The position numbers and the translations under genes are program-made. Below the pieces are notes generated by a model. The model had not been told where the DNA came from and made no database searches. It saw only the letters and a program-made list of their open reading frames with translations. From Lama guanicoe (Eukaryota), in contig MU056050.1 of the NCBI GenBank assembly GCA_013239625.1, positions 1,102,084 through 1,166,083 of the forward strand: a DNA stretch of 64,000 nt. The letters run 5' to 3'. Positions 50,130 to 63,457 of the stretch are shown here, piece by piece; positions within the stretch are counted from its first letter, which is position 1, and each line of letters opens with the position of its first letter.

Positions 50130-51395
50130 ATGTCTTTTCAATAAGTCAATTAACTTGTTTTTACATAATCCAAGTAGAAATACTCTTTCAGGCACATGAA
50201 TGAATTTTCAGCATACCTTCTTACGAGATGTTTATGAATTCTTTCTGTTTTAAGATTTTTCCTTTGTTCTGTGAAATGTATCACTTTCCGACTCAAAGGC
50301 CAAAGTGGACCACTAGTGGTTATCCCAAGGGAAGAAAGAACGTTAAACATAGCTTGGTATCATTTAGCCTCTTCTTACTCAAAACTGAGGGCCTGGAACA
50401 AGGATTGTTACACTGTGAATACATGAATATTGAAAACCGTATCATGGTGCTATATCCTCAACAATCCTTCCTAACCATACCTGCTAGCCTTCTTGCAGAT
50501 GCAAGTCTTTGAATATTTTTAAATCCTGGCTACAATTTGCATTGCTTTGGGACCAGAGGTATGGAAATTCTAAGTTAGAATATGGTGGGAAAAAGTCTGT
50601 AATTTGTGATATTTGGGGAAAGCAAACCTTCTCAAATGTCTTTGGCAGCAAAAGTCCCTCTAACCGGTGATGTTTCTGTTCCAAATGGGGATTTATATAG
50701 ATCTTGGTTTTGTATCAACTTTGCTATGAAGTAGACTTTGTTCATCTGATAAAATTTTCTGATTATCTTTGTTTGAGCTAAGGAAGAATGTGGTATCATT
50801 TTGGAAGCAAGGAATAACATGTAGCAAGACCGTAAATTATTTATCCGTTTACAGATCAATTTCAAAAGCAACATGTTAATATAAATCTCCTTTTGAGCCT
50901 AATCATAGGACTTTTCTATGAAAGTAGTTGTTTTAGCTTAGCTCCCCTGGGTTAATTATAAAGGTGTTTTTGACGTTTAAACCTGCTTATGTGTTTTAAA
51001 TATATTTTTATTAATATAAAGCCCTTGATACCTTATAAACAAAGCACAACCTGCAAACTGAGTACATGATAAACATATATATTTGAAGTGTAAACAGAAG
51101 ACACTTAACATATTTTCTAATTGTTCTTCCCTGCTGTGATCCCTGTGCCACACAAAAATCTGTGTTAGGAACAGTAATCGATGTTTTATGTCATTCAGAG
51201 ATGTAAATAAAGCATGATTGCATTCTGGAATATATCTAGGTTGGAATTTCTTTTCAAACCATTTTTTAAATAGAAACCCTTTGAAGTGAGGAGTTTTTCC
51301 AGGGTCAAATACAAGGACATTGGCCAGGTGCTTCAGTGAATAATTTGTTCACAATCTGTTCTTCCACAGTGGACCTTTTAGAGTGGTTTAAATGA
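50130..51395 (-). pseudogene. Candidate very large decayed exon (HLNHSKRSTVEEQIVNKLFTEAPG...FKKWFEKKFQPRYIPECNHALF...LLPKTFEKVCFPQISQITDFFPPYSNLEFPYLW...)
   Basis: Acceptor gtcattgtacAG, in phase with the 58517-58566 exon; about 1.3 kb of non-repeat sequence with long stop-free minus-strand stretches and four ORF-track minus ORFs. Confidence 0.4.
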
Positions 51396-52199
51396 CTGTA
51401 CAATGACTATCCAATATGAAGGTTTAAAAAGTGTCTGTAATATATCTCTCCTTTTAAACTACAGTAGGCAGTGTGATAAAATCTGAGAATCAAGAATACT
51501 ATACAGAGGTTGCATGTTTGGCTTCTGGTGAAGGTGTTAGCCACTTTGCAGAGAGAGAAGAATTAAGCCTCAGCTGGGGAGATGGTTTACACCCAGGTAT
51601 TAGGTATAGTCTTTGTTAACCCTAAGAGGTAAGAAAGTTCTAATGACGTTTAATTGGGTACACTTATGATAACCTTCACTCATAAAATTAATGCACACAG
51701 AACTAGGAATCTACCTATTTTAAATATATAATTTCATATGTATTATTACATATGTAGTATAACTTTTTCTCATTCATTCACTTGCAATCTATGTTTAAAT
51801 TTGTTTTTATATGTGTATGTATGTGTTTATATATGTGTGCGTGCATAAATAAATCTTTTCAAGGATAATACAGATGTTTTGATTTGCAGCACTATGAGAT
51901 TTTAACAATCATTTAAAAGGAGAAATTATGTTGTTTATTTAATATGAAATTATTAGTTTGATTAATTGATGTTTCCTCTGCTAGATAATATATTTGTCAT
52001 GAGATAAGTTCAGGAGTTTTTTTTTTTTTTAAAGTATTCCATTAGTAGTCCTATGAGAACAAGGGTGGTCCTGTTAACTACCTTCTTTTAAAAACTCATC
52101 AATTTTGGTTTGGTATAGTTCTCTTTAAGTTCTTCTCTTAACTCTCTTTTTGTTTTAATGTTCTTCATAGACAACTGTTTCTTTATATACCTCACAAGG

Positions 52200-52690
52200 T
52201 TTTTCACCCCAGGCCTCTACCCATAACTGTCATGTACTCTGACCTTTTTACCTTCATGCTCTGTCTATTCTAGTGAACTCAACTCTTCCCCTTATTTAGT
52301 GACTCATATGTCTAAATATCACTCTTGCACTTAATTTTAGACATACATTTTAGACTGATTTCTATTTTATGACTTTTATAGATAAATTTGTGGAGTTCAA
52401 ACTCAATGTGTATAAAGTCTAATACATTATTATTTCTTCTCCAAACCTCTCTTCTTATTCTCATGCACTGTCCCTGTTATAATTTCACCATCTGTCCAGC
52501 AACTGCACATTAAAATTGTAGTCTTCCTTAATTCCATTTTCTCATCTCTCCTCCCTTCAATCATTCACAAAATTAACCTGTTTTTCCCTTGCAATATTTT
52601 ATCCATTTCCTCTTTTATATTCTAATTAGTATATCATCTGGGTTCTGGTTCTCATTTTTTTCCCCCATCCATTCACTTTACACCTATGCC
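52200..52690 (+). mobile_element. L2 fragment
   Basis: Sense L2-like text (ttcaaactcaatgtgtataaagtc, cttcaatcattcacaaaa). Confidence 0.5.
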
Positions 52691-52699
52691 TGGAAATTT

Positions 52700-53660
52700 T
52701 TTTAATGAAATACAGCCAGTTTTATTCAAATTCTCCAAAATAAAGTCAGTATGTTAATTGTTTCTAAAATGTTTCACGTTTATATAATGGCCATTACAAA
52801 GTATTGCATATAGTTCCCTGTGCTATACAGTAGAAACTTGTTGTTAATCTATTATATATATATAGTAGTTAGTATCTGCAAATCCCTAAATCCCAATTTA
52901 TCCCTCACCACCCTTTTCCCTCCTGGTAGGCACAAGTTTGTTTTCTATGTCTGTGAGTCTGTCTCTTTTTTGTAAATAATTTCATTTGTGTCCTTTTTTT
53001 CTAGATTCCACATATAAGTGTTATCATATGGTATTTTTCTTTCTCTTTCTGACTTACTTCACTTGGAATTACAGTCTCCAGGTCCATCCATGTTGCTACA
53101 AATGGCATTATTTTATTCTTTTTTATAGCTGAGTAGGATTCCATTGTACAAATATACCACAACTTCTTTATCCAGTCATCTGTCGATGGTCATTTAGATT
53201 GTTCCACATCTTTGCTATTGTAAATAGTGCTGCTATGAACTTTGGGGTGCATTTATCTTTTTGAATTAAGGTTCCCTTTGGATATATGCCCAGGAGTGGG
53301 ATTGCTGGATCATATGATAAGTCTATTTTTAGTTTTTGAGGAATCTCCATACCGTTTGTCATAACAGCTGCAACCAAACTACATTCCCACCAACAGTGTA
53401 GGAGGGTTCCCTTTTCTCCACAGCCTCTCCAGCGTTTATGATTTGCGGACTTTTGAATGATGGCCATTCTGCCTGGTGTGAGATGAGATACCTCTTTGTA
53501 GTTTTGATTTGCATTTCTCTGATAATTAGTAATATTGAGCATTTTTTCATGTGCCTATGGAACACTTGTATCTCTTCCTTGGAGAATTGCTTGTTTAGGT
53601 CTTTTGCCCATTTTTGAATGGGGTTTGTTTCTTTCTTGTTAAGTCATGTGAGCTGTTAAA
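52700..53660 (-). mobile_element. L1 3' portion, 5'-truncated
   Basis: ORF 53168-53542 contains the ORF2 C-terminal motifs [14 protein letters not shown] and [12 protein letters not shown]. Confidence 0.95.
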
Positions 53661-54922
53661 TTAATGCTTGTGTTTTCTTTTGGTATATATCTGGGGTGGA
53701 GATAGCTTTTCCACTCAGCATAATTCCCTTTCAAATCCATAAAGGTTGTCTCATGTATCAATAGTTACTCCTCTTTGTTGCTGAGTAGTATTTCTTGGTA
53801 CAAATATGCCACAGTATGTTCTAACACTTTCCTGTTGAAAGAAATTGGGTTGTTTTAAGTTTCTAGCTATTACACATTTAGTATAAAACTTTGTGTACCA
53901 GTTTTTGTGTGAACACATAAACTTTTCTTTCTTTAGAATAAATACCCGAGTCCAGTTGTTGGGATGTGTGGTATGCACACTTGGTTTTGTAAGAAACTGC
54001 TGTACTTCTTTCCAGAATGGCTTTAGTACTTTGTATTGCCACAAATGGTGTATTATTGAACAAATTTATTTGCATGCTTGAAGCCTTTGGTGTTTTCAAT
54101 ATTTTTAAATTTTTATCATTCTGATAGGTGTATATTCATATCTTATTGTGCCTTTAGTTTTCATTTTCTTAATGGCTAATGATTGTGAACATATTTTTTT
54201 GTGTGCATAGTTGCCATCTGTGTATCTTCGGTGAAATGTCTGTTCACATCTTTTGTTTATTTTCAAATTGAGTTGTTTCAGCTTTTACTGTTGAGTGTTG
54301 AGAATTCTTTATGTATTTTGTGTCTAGAGCTTTGTCAGATATGAAGTTTGCAAATATTTTCTCCAAGTCATAGCTTTTCATCATCTTCGCAGGATCTTTT
54401 GCATAACATTTAAACAAATTTGTGATGTCCATTTTATTAACTCTTACTTTTATGGATCTTGTCCTTGGGGTCTAGTCTAAGAATACTTTGCCCAGCCCTA
54501 AATCCTTAAATCTTTCCTCTATTTTTTTCCCTAAAAGTTTTACAGTTTTACATTTTTTACAATTAAGTCCATGATCTACTTTGAATTTTTTTGTATGAAG
54601 ATATGAGGTTTTAGGTAAAATTGGTTTTCTTCAGCTATAGATGTCCAAATGCTCCAGCACCATCTGTTGAACATTCTTTTTCTTCTTTCTCAAGTTACTT
54701 CTGTAACTTTGTAAAAAATAAATTGAATATATTTGTGTTGATCTATTTTTGGGTTCTCTATTCTGTTACATTGATCTATATATCTATCTCTTTACCAATA
54801 TGACACTCTTATGATTATAGTCATTATGGAAGGTTTTACATTGGTAAGAGTGATTTCTTCTACTTCATCTATATAGAAATTGTTTTAGATACTGTAAGTC
54901 CTTTGCCTTTCCATATGCAGTT
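53660..54922 (-). mobile_element. Older L1 (L1MC-like) 3'/ORF2 fragment
   Basis: Degenerate antisense L1 text; ORF 54244-54432 (EKIFANFISDK). Confidence 0.8.
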
Positions 54923-54924
54923 TA

Positions 54925-56605
54925 TTTCTTTTTCTTTTTTTTAATTTTTATTTAAATTTTTTTATTCAAGTATAGTTGGTTTGCAATGTTGCATCAATTT
55001 CTGGTATAGAGCATAATGTTTCACTCATCCGTGTATATAGATATATTCCTTTTCATCTATTTTATATATAGTAGTTAATATCTGCAAATCTTGAAATCCC
55101 AATTTATTCCTTCCCAACTGCTTCACCCACTGGTAACCATAAGTTTGTTTTCTATATCTCTGAGTCTGTCTGTGTTTTGTAAATACATTCATTTGTGTCT
55201 TTTTTGTTTGTTTGTTTTAGATTCCACATATAAGTAATATCATATGGCATTTTTCTTTCAATTTCTGGCTTACTTCACTTAGAATGACAATCTCTAGGTT
55301 CATCCGTGTTGCTGCAAATAGCATTATTTTATTCTTTTTCAGTGGCTGAGTAGGATTCCATTGTATAAATATACCACAACTTCTTTATCCAGTTATCTGT
55401 CAATGGACATTTAGGTTGTTCCCATGTCTTGGCTTTTGTAAACAGAGCTGCTATGAACACTGGGGTGCATGTATCTTTTTGAATTAGAGTTTCCTCTGGA
55501 TGTATGCCTAGGAGTGGGATTACTGGATCATATGGTAACTCTATTTTAGTCTTTTGAGGAATCTCCATATTGTTTTCCGTAATGGCTGCAGCAGATCACA
55601 TTCCTACGAACAGTGTAGGAGAGTTTCCTTTTCTCCACACCCTCTTGAGGATTTATTGTTTGCAGGCTTTTGAATGATGGCCATTCTGACTGGTGTGAGG
55701 TGACACCTTATTGTAGTTTTGATTTGCGTTTCTCTTATAATTAGCCATGTTGAGCATTTTTTCATGTGCCTATTAGCCATTTGTATATCTTCATTGGAGA
55801 ACTGCTTGTTTAGATCTGCCCAGTTTTGGATTGGGTTGTTTGTTTTTTTGTTATTAAGTTGTATGAGCTGTTTATGTATTCTGGAAATTAAGCCCTTGAC
55901 AAGTGCATCATTTGCAATCATTTCTCCCATTCAGTAAATTGTCCTTTTGTTTTGTTTATGGTTTCCTTTGCTCTCCAAAAGTGTGTAAGTTTAATTAGAT
56001 CCCATTTGTTTTTTGCTTTTATTTTTATTGCCTGGGTAGACTGCCCTAAGAGAACATTGCTAAGATTTACGTCAGAAAACATTTTGCCTGTGTTTTCTTC
56101 TAGAAGTTTTATAGTGTCTTGTCTTATATTTAAGACTTTAAGCCATTTTGAGTTTATTTTCGTGTTTGGTGAGAGGGAGTGTTCTAACTTCATTGATTTA
56201 CATGCAACTGTACAACTTTTCCAACACCACTTGGTGTAGAGGATGTCTTTTCCCCGTTATATATTCTTGCCTCCTTTGTTGAAGATTAATTCACCAAAAG
56301 TCTGTGGGTTTATTTCTTGGCTCTCTATTCTCTTCTGTTAATCCATATGTCTGTTATTGTGCCAATACCACAGTGTTTTGATTACTGTAGCTCTGTAGTG
56401 TTGTCTGACGTCTGGGAGGGTTATTTCTCTAGCTTTGTTCTTTTTCTTCAGTATTGCTTTGGCAATTCTGGGTCTTTTGTGATTCCATATAAATTTTAGG
56501 CTTATTTGTTCCACTTCTGTGAAAAATGTCCTGGGTAGTTTAATAGAGATTGCATTAAATCTGTAGATTACTTTGGGTAGTATGGCCATTTTAACAACAT
56601 TGTCC
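54925..56605 (-). mobile_element. L1 3' end plus ORF2 C-terminal part, relatively young
   Basis: T-tract at about 54925-54965; minus ORFs ([54 protein letters not shown]) are ORF2. Confidence 0.95.
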
Positions 56606-58516
56606 ATTAATTCTTCCTAGGAAATTATCATGAACAAGATGTTCATATCAATTATTTCTCTTGTCATCTGTTACTATTAACATTTTAACTGCATGGTTAC
56701 ACTGCTGTTCATAAGAGTGTGTATGTGGCTATGGTTATGAAGAATAGTAATGAAATGCAAAAAAATATTACTGATGTTGCTTTCATATCGCTTTGTATTA
56801 CTAAACACCTTAGGAGTACATTCTTTGTATTTTACTGGCTTATCCCTCTCATTTTAGAATCCTAAAATGTTAGTTAACTAACACGATATTTTTTAAAAAG
56901 TGTTTTTTACATTCTTGCTACATATTTAGAAAGTTTCACAAAATAAGTCATCTAGCACTTCTGATTCATCAGACTAATTTTATAAAAATCACTGAATATC
57001 ATGTTTTCAATAATGGACCAAATAATTATTCTGCAGTATCAGATAAATCTTATTCACAATTGCTATTATACAAAGATTGTAGCAGAAATGTTTGTGCTCA
57101 GATATAATAATAATCATTGTCCATTAATTCTATAAACCCTTGTTGAGGAACTAATATATTCCAGGCCTAAGCTAAGAGTACAAAGATGACAAAGACACCG
57201 AGGATGATGTGTAAGTGAGCAATTCTAACATTTTAAATTGAAATCTTCCCTGTAATAGGAATTCTGTTAATAGACAACGCTGTCTAATAGTTCTGCCTTT
57301 TTTCAAGTATTCTGAGAAAGCTCTTGTTCAGGATGGGGGAGGACCCAACCATAATAACAGTTTTGAATTTGACCTGTGCATTCTGCAACACGCTTTTTGT
57401 GATATGATAGTGTACTGTTTGAAATGAAAATTTTACTGAGCCATGAGCAAAAATGTTTCTTTATTGGCTAGGTCGGTTTTTGTTGGATTTTCTGCTTATT
57501 TGATTTTAGTGAAGGAGTTGATGTATCAACAATATTAAAGACATCATTGAAAAGGAAAAATTCCATAATTATATAATCCTCACAGAGCAGCTATTTTTAT
57601 TCTCGCCTATTTCTTTCTTGTCCTTATCCAGTTGCACACATGTTTTCATATAATTGCAGTTTGTTGTACATATTGTTCTATTTTTCCCTTTGCATTTAAA
57701 GTGGTATAACTCTTAACCACATTTCTTATAAAATACACATTTTTAATAGCTGCATAAGAATCTAGTATTCATGCAGTCTTTTTTTTTTTGTATAAAAGAT
57801 GAAATTGTGGATTTAATATTTTTCCTCTCAGGAAACTGATTTTGATTCAGATTTCACAAGTCATTTTGCTTGGCTATGCCTCACTTTGATTGGTATACCA
57901 CAACTTGATGAGATCAAGGCCAAGTCTATATAGATAAATGATCTCAATACCTGAAAGAATCTTGAGAGAAAATATTCACATTGGAGAGTCACTTTAAAGA
58001 AATTTGAAGATGGAATTTAAAGGTAATTTGCATAGAGGCCCTGTTCCCTGCTTCCTACTACAGTGTGATTCTATAGTTTTAGGTATTTTCCGGTATATCT
58101 TTTTGCACTTTATCATATAGCACCTCTTGTAATCACATTAGTGCTGTATAAATGAGATGCTTATCACTTTAATTGAATATTATTCAAAATAGGTCCCTAA
58201 TCCAAGAGCAATAAATCATACATTTCCTGGCTATTAGAACCATGAGATACAGAAATAATGTTAGTTACCAAGGGTAGTAAAAATTTGGTCTCTATTCTAT
58301 TTCCCTTGTTGATTTTTGATAAAAGAAATAAAATATTATTGAGCCTCATGCTGATGCAGTTAAACTATTAACTCAGTGACTTGTCTCATTTCAATTAAAT
58401 GGTTTTATTCACCTGGAAGTAAGAAATAACTTGTCTACTCCTGTACCTGTCAGTTTTAAGGTTTTCAACATTTGATTGAAGTTTTTGTTGAGTTGTTTTC
58501 TGACCTTCCCACTTAC

Positions 58517-58566
58517 TCCTTGAATACCATACTGGGAGCTGTCTTGGTGAACTCTCCTCTTCTTTT
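58517..58566 (-). pseudogene. Exon of fossil gene (KRRGEFTKTAPSMVFK in phase 0)
   Basis: Near-consensus acceptor ttttcatttttctttaaAG and donor gga|GTAAGT; 50 nt, stop-free in all three frames. Confidence 0.5.
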
Positions 58567-58927
58567 CTTTAAAGAAAAATGAAAATTACTGGGTTTTATG
58601 GAAGGGACTTGGATTTTAATGAAAGCATGCATTTGCTTCTCTCAGATATACCATTCCAAAGGGATTAATTAGTAGAACTGTGATTAAAAATGTGTCAAAG
58701 TACCTGCTCTCAAGGAACAGTGTTCCCAGCTGAGACAGCCTTGCAGTAGATAGAAGAGAACTTAAAACCTTGCACTTGGAGCTTTTTATTTATTTCATCT
58801 GGGAGTTAACATAATTCATTTTAATATGGATTTGAACAAATGTAAACATGGAGACATTTAGTGCTATTTATTCAACCTAAACTTAATATGTGTGTATGTT
58901 GTGTTATTGCCATGTGGGCTCCCATAC

Positions 58928-59180
58928 CAAGACTGCCAACATTAACCCTGTGTTCGTACTGCATGGAGAGAGCTCTTTATCTTTGCTAGCTAAAACCTTA
59001 ATTTTTTTATCCAGGAGCCGTTTTGGTATTAAATCTTTGACCAGGTGGGAAATGCTGTCTGCTTAATTTAATCGAATGCTTTTCTCATCTCCAGAAATAC
59101 TGTTAGAGTCATTGATGGCTGTTCCTTACTTATTTAGTTTCAACAATGGAACACAGCTTTTTTTTTCAGTTGTGTACATT
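58928..59180 (-). pseudogene. Candidate exon (GTAINDSNSISGDEKSIRLN*ADSISHLVKDLIPKRLLDKKIKVLASKDKELSPCSTNTGLMLAVL)
   Basis: Donor ttg|GTATGG; pyrimidine tract ttccttttatcttcacttt followed by AA instead of AG; one stop in about 66 codons. Confidence 0.45.
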
Positions 59181-60239
59181 TAAAGTGAAGATAAAAGGAA
59201 ATGACGAATAACAGAAAAATTATGAGAGGGGGACCAGAGTATACTACAGGCTAAAACAAGTGGGGAACTGTGGTTAGGATAGGTATTTGTTCCATTATTT
59301 TGATATCTATGATTTGTTCTACCAAATAAGATCGACTGCTAGCATATTAGTAATATCAAGTTTTAACTAAATTAAAAAATTTTGATTTGTCTCACAAATG
59401 AAAACTAATTGCCACAGTCTTATTTGTGTTTATTAAGAGTCTCTGTGCATACACGTTATTGTATGTGGCATATTAAAATATTAAATTTAAAATAATGTTC
59501 CTTGCCCTTAGAGACATTCTAATATAATCATAAACCTTCTTATTCTAAATTGTTTCTATATGATGCCAAAGGATTAAAATGTATACTTTGCCCTCAGGAC
59601 AACAGATTTCTAAGCCAACTGTTGAACTAAACTGAACCATGAGTTAAACACCATAAAAAGACTTACATATTTACTGAATTCTGGTTACTCAATCCATTAT
59701 AGGTTATCTGTCTATATCATATATTTATATATATATGAAGCCATGCAGCATAGCCATTTTTAATAGTTTACAGTGAAAAGGATTTTAAAATGAAAGTAAT
59801 GTACTTTGTAAGTTTAGAACTGAAACAAAATTGTAACTTTTATATGTCTTATATATACTTCAAGTAAAATTAGATATAAATTGAGAAATCATTAGGGTTA
59901 ACCCTTGTTGGGTTTTTCCAGTGTATCTATAACTTCCTCCTTTGACCTTATAAATCACTTTACCTTTACCTCTTTTACAGGTTTATTATCACTTTCTATT
60001 GCATATTCATTAACTCTTCTTTTACTATTTTCTATTCGATGGTAAGCTCCTGTCTGTCTGTATCTCCTAGGAAATAGTGCAGTGTTTTGTATCTATTTGT
60101 AACTGACTCAATAGAAAATATACCCATACTATATATACATTGTATATAATATATGTAAGTATATGTTCTATAATAATAAGAAAAGAAGTGTGTGAGATCC
60201 ATATTTCTCTCACACAGACTTCATTTCTTTTCTGGGAAC

Positions 60240-60378
60240 CTCATTTTTGCTCTCAGGATCTTCAACTGATGGGATGAGACTCACCAGTATTATGAAGGGT
60301 AATCTCTTTTCCTTAAACTCAACTGATTGTAGATGTTAACCAGATTTATAAAATACTTTCCCAGCAACCCTTAGATCA
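60240..60378 (-). mobile_element. MLT2-like (ERVL) LTR fragment
   Basis: cttcaactgatgggatgagactcacc...atgaagggtaatctc...caactgattgtagatgttaacc. Confidence 0.7.
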
Positions 60379-60956
60379 ATGGGTATCATAATCCCCATTT
60401 TACATAAGATAACCTCAGGCACAAGGAAGTTGTATAATTAATTGGTGGCAGTTTAGTTTTATTCCCAAGTCTCTCTTACTCCAAACCTTGTAATATTTTC
60501 ACTGGCTGCTGTTTGAATATGTTTATTTTTTCCAAAGTTTTATCTGTATGATAAAGCAATAAACAATTAATTCACGAAAAGATACTGTACAAGTAGAAAG
60601 GGGGAATTCCCAGATGCTATCCCATAACCTCTAAAGATTCTCAAGTCCATGGGCCCATCCGTTAGATAGGTAGGGCATTGTCAGACAATGTGTTCTCTAT
60701 CTCTCTTCTTCCTGCCATTAAACATGTGTAGCTTTTGTATCTTCATGAAAATGTGAAATACACAGAAGTAATGACATAGTCCCTGTATTTGAGGCTGTAA
60801 TCTAGTCGGTGAGAAGACTTAAGGAGCATACAGAGAAAAATGGAAAAGGATAGTAGAGAAAGGAAAGGAATTAAGTAATATTTCTTGGAAGAGATGAGGC
60901 TTGAGCTTGGTATTTAGGGGTTGAGGCAGGGTACAACACACCTCGAAATATGTATG

Positions 60957-62010
60957 CCGGCATACCTCAGAGATAGTATTCCAGACCACCACAATAAAGG
61001 GAATATTGCAATAAAGTCACATGAATTTTCTGGTTTCTCAATGCATAGGAAAATTATGTTTATACTATACTATAGTCTCTTACTATGTGCAATAGTATTT
61101 TGTCTAAAAAAAACAATGTGCATACCTTAATGAGAAAATACTTTTTTTCTAAAAAATAATGCCTCCAGCAAGTTGTAATCTTTGCCATTGGCGGGTTTTG
61201 CTTTGGTGTTGATGGCTGCTGAATGATCAAGGTGATGGTTGCTGAAGGTTGGAATGGCTGTGGCAGTTTATGCATCAATTGACTCTTCCTTTCTCAAAAA
61301 CATCTTTCTCTAGGATGCAGTGCTGTTTGCTAGCATTTTTTGTACAGTATAACTTTTTTTAAAGTAGTCAATCCTCTTAATCCTTGCCGCTCCTTTATCA
61401 ACTATGTTTATGTAATATTCTAAGTCCTTTGTTGTCATTTCAAAAATCTTCACAGGGTCTTCACCAGACGTAGATTCTACCTCAAGAAACCACTTTTTTG
61501 CTCATCCATATGAAGCAACTCCTCACATCAGTTCGTTTTTTTCATGAGCTTGAAGCAGTTCAGTCACATGTTCAGGCTCCGCTTCTAATTCTAGTTTTCT
61601 TGCTGTTTCCACCACACCTTCAGTGATTTCCTCCACTGAAGTCTTGAACCCCTCAACATCATCCACGAGGGTAGGAGTCAACTTCTTCCAAACTCCTATG
61701 AATGTTGATATTTTGACCTCTTCCCATGAATTGTGACTGTTCTTAATGGCATCTAGAATGGCGAGTCCTTTCTAGAAGGTTTTCATTTGACTCTTCCCAC
61801 ATCCATCAGGGAATTATATCTATGGCAGCTGTAGCCTTATAAAATGTATTTCTTAAATAATAAGACTTCAAAGTTGAAATGATTTCTTGATCCGTGGGCT
61901 GCAGGATGGATGTTGTGTTAGCTGGCATGAACACAGCATTAATCTTATTGTACGTCTCCTTTAGACCTCTTGGGTGACCAGGTAAATTGTCAGTGAGCAG
62001 TAATATATTT
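60957..62010 (-). mobile_element. Tigger1 DNA transposon, 3' part with a DDE transposase remnant
   Basis: TIR-like ggcatacctc at about 60959; ORF 61806-62066 contains ILLLTDNLPGHP...VFMPANTTSILQPTDQEII..LKSYYLR, the pogo/Tigger DDE motif. Confidence 0.9.
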
Positions 62011-63457
62011 TTAAAAATTTTTATAGTTTTAAAGGTAACTTTCCATTTACAGTTGTGATAAAACATTGGTTATATTCCTTTTATTATTCAGTACATCCTT
62101 GAACCTATCTTACATGCAGTAGTTCATACCTCCCACTCTCCCACCCCTATATTGCCCCTCCCCCTCCACTGGGTAACCACTGGTTTGTTCTTTACATCTG
62201 TGAGTCTGCTTTTTTATATTATATTCACTAGTTTGTTATATTTTTAGATTCTATATATAAGTGATATCATACAGCATTTATCTTTCTCTGACTTATTTCA
62301 CTTAGCATAATACCCTCCAGGTCCATGCATGTTGTAGCATATGGCAAAATTTTGTTCTTTTTATGGCTGAGTAGTATTCCATTGTATATATACACCACAT
62401 CTTTTTTATCCATTTATCCGTTGGTTAGTATTTAGATTGTTTCCATGTTTTGGCAATCATAAATATTGCTGCTATCAATATTGAGGTGCATGTATCTTTT
62501 CAAATTTTTGGTTTTTTGGATATATACCCAGGAGTGGAGTTGCTGGGTCATAATGATAGTTCAACTTTTAGTTTTGTTTTTTTTTTTTTTTTTGAGAAAC
62601 TTCCATACTGTTTTCCACAGTGACTGCACCAGTTTACATTCCCACTAACAGTGTACAAGGATCCCTTTTTTCTCCACATTCTCGCCAACATTTGATACTT
62701 GTAGAGATTTAGGTGATAGCCATTCTGACAGGTGTGAGGTGATATCTCATTGTGGTTTTGACTTGCTCAATATCACTCACTAATCATCAGGGAGATGAGT
62801 CTTTTTATGTGCCTGTTAGCCATCTGCATTTCTTCTTTGCAAAAAAATGTCTATTCAGTTCCTCTTCCCATTTTTGAATCGAGTTGTGTGTTTTTTGATA
62901 TTGACTTGTATGAGCTATTTATATATGTTGGATATTAATCCCTTATCTATAAGTCTGATCATTTGTAAATATTTTGCCCTATTCAGTAGGCTGTCTTTTC
63001 ATTTTGTTGATGGTTTCCTTTGCTGTACAAAAGCTTTTAAGTTGAATTAGGTTCCATTTGTTTATTTTTGCTTTTATTTCCTTTCCTTTAGGAGACAGAT
63101 CCAAAAAATATTGCTTCGATTTACATCAAAAGGTGTTCTCCCTATGTTTTCCTCTAGGAGTTTTACAGTATCCAGTCTTACATTTAGCTATTTAATCCAT
63201 TATGAGTTTATTTTTGTATATGATGTTGGAGAAAGTTCTAATTTCATTCTTTTATATGTAAGTCTCCAGTTTTCCCAGCACTACTTTTTGGAGGGATTTT
63301 CTTTTATCTACTGTATATTCTTGCTCCCTTTGCTGTAGATTAATTGACCAAAATGTGTGGGCTTATTTCTGAGTTTTCTATCCTTTTCCATTGATCTATG
63401 TGTCTGTTTTTGTGCCACTACCATACTGTTCTGATTAGTGTAGTTATGTAGTATAGA
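62010..63457 (-). mobile_element. L1 3' portion inserted into Tigger1
   Basis: Antisense L1 3'UTR/ORF2 text starting with a T-rich tail. Confidence 0.9.

Noticed and set aside
61806..62066. Domesticated transposase gene (TIGD1-like)
   Set aside because: Short degenerate Tigger1 fragment whose apparent start lies in an inserted L1.
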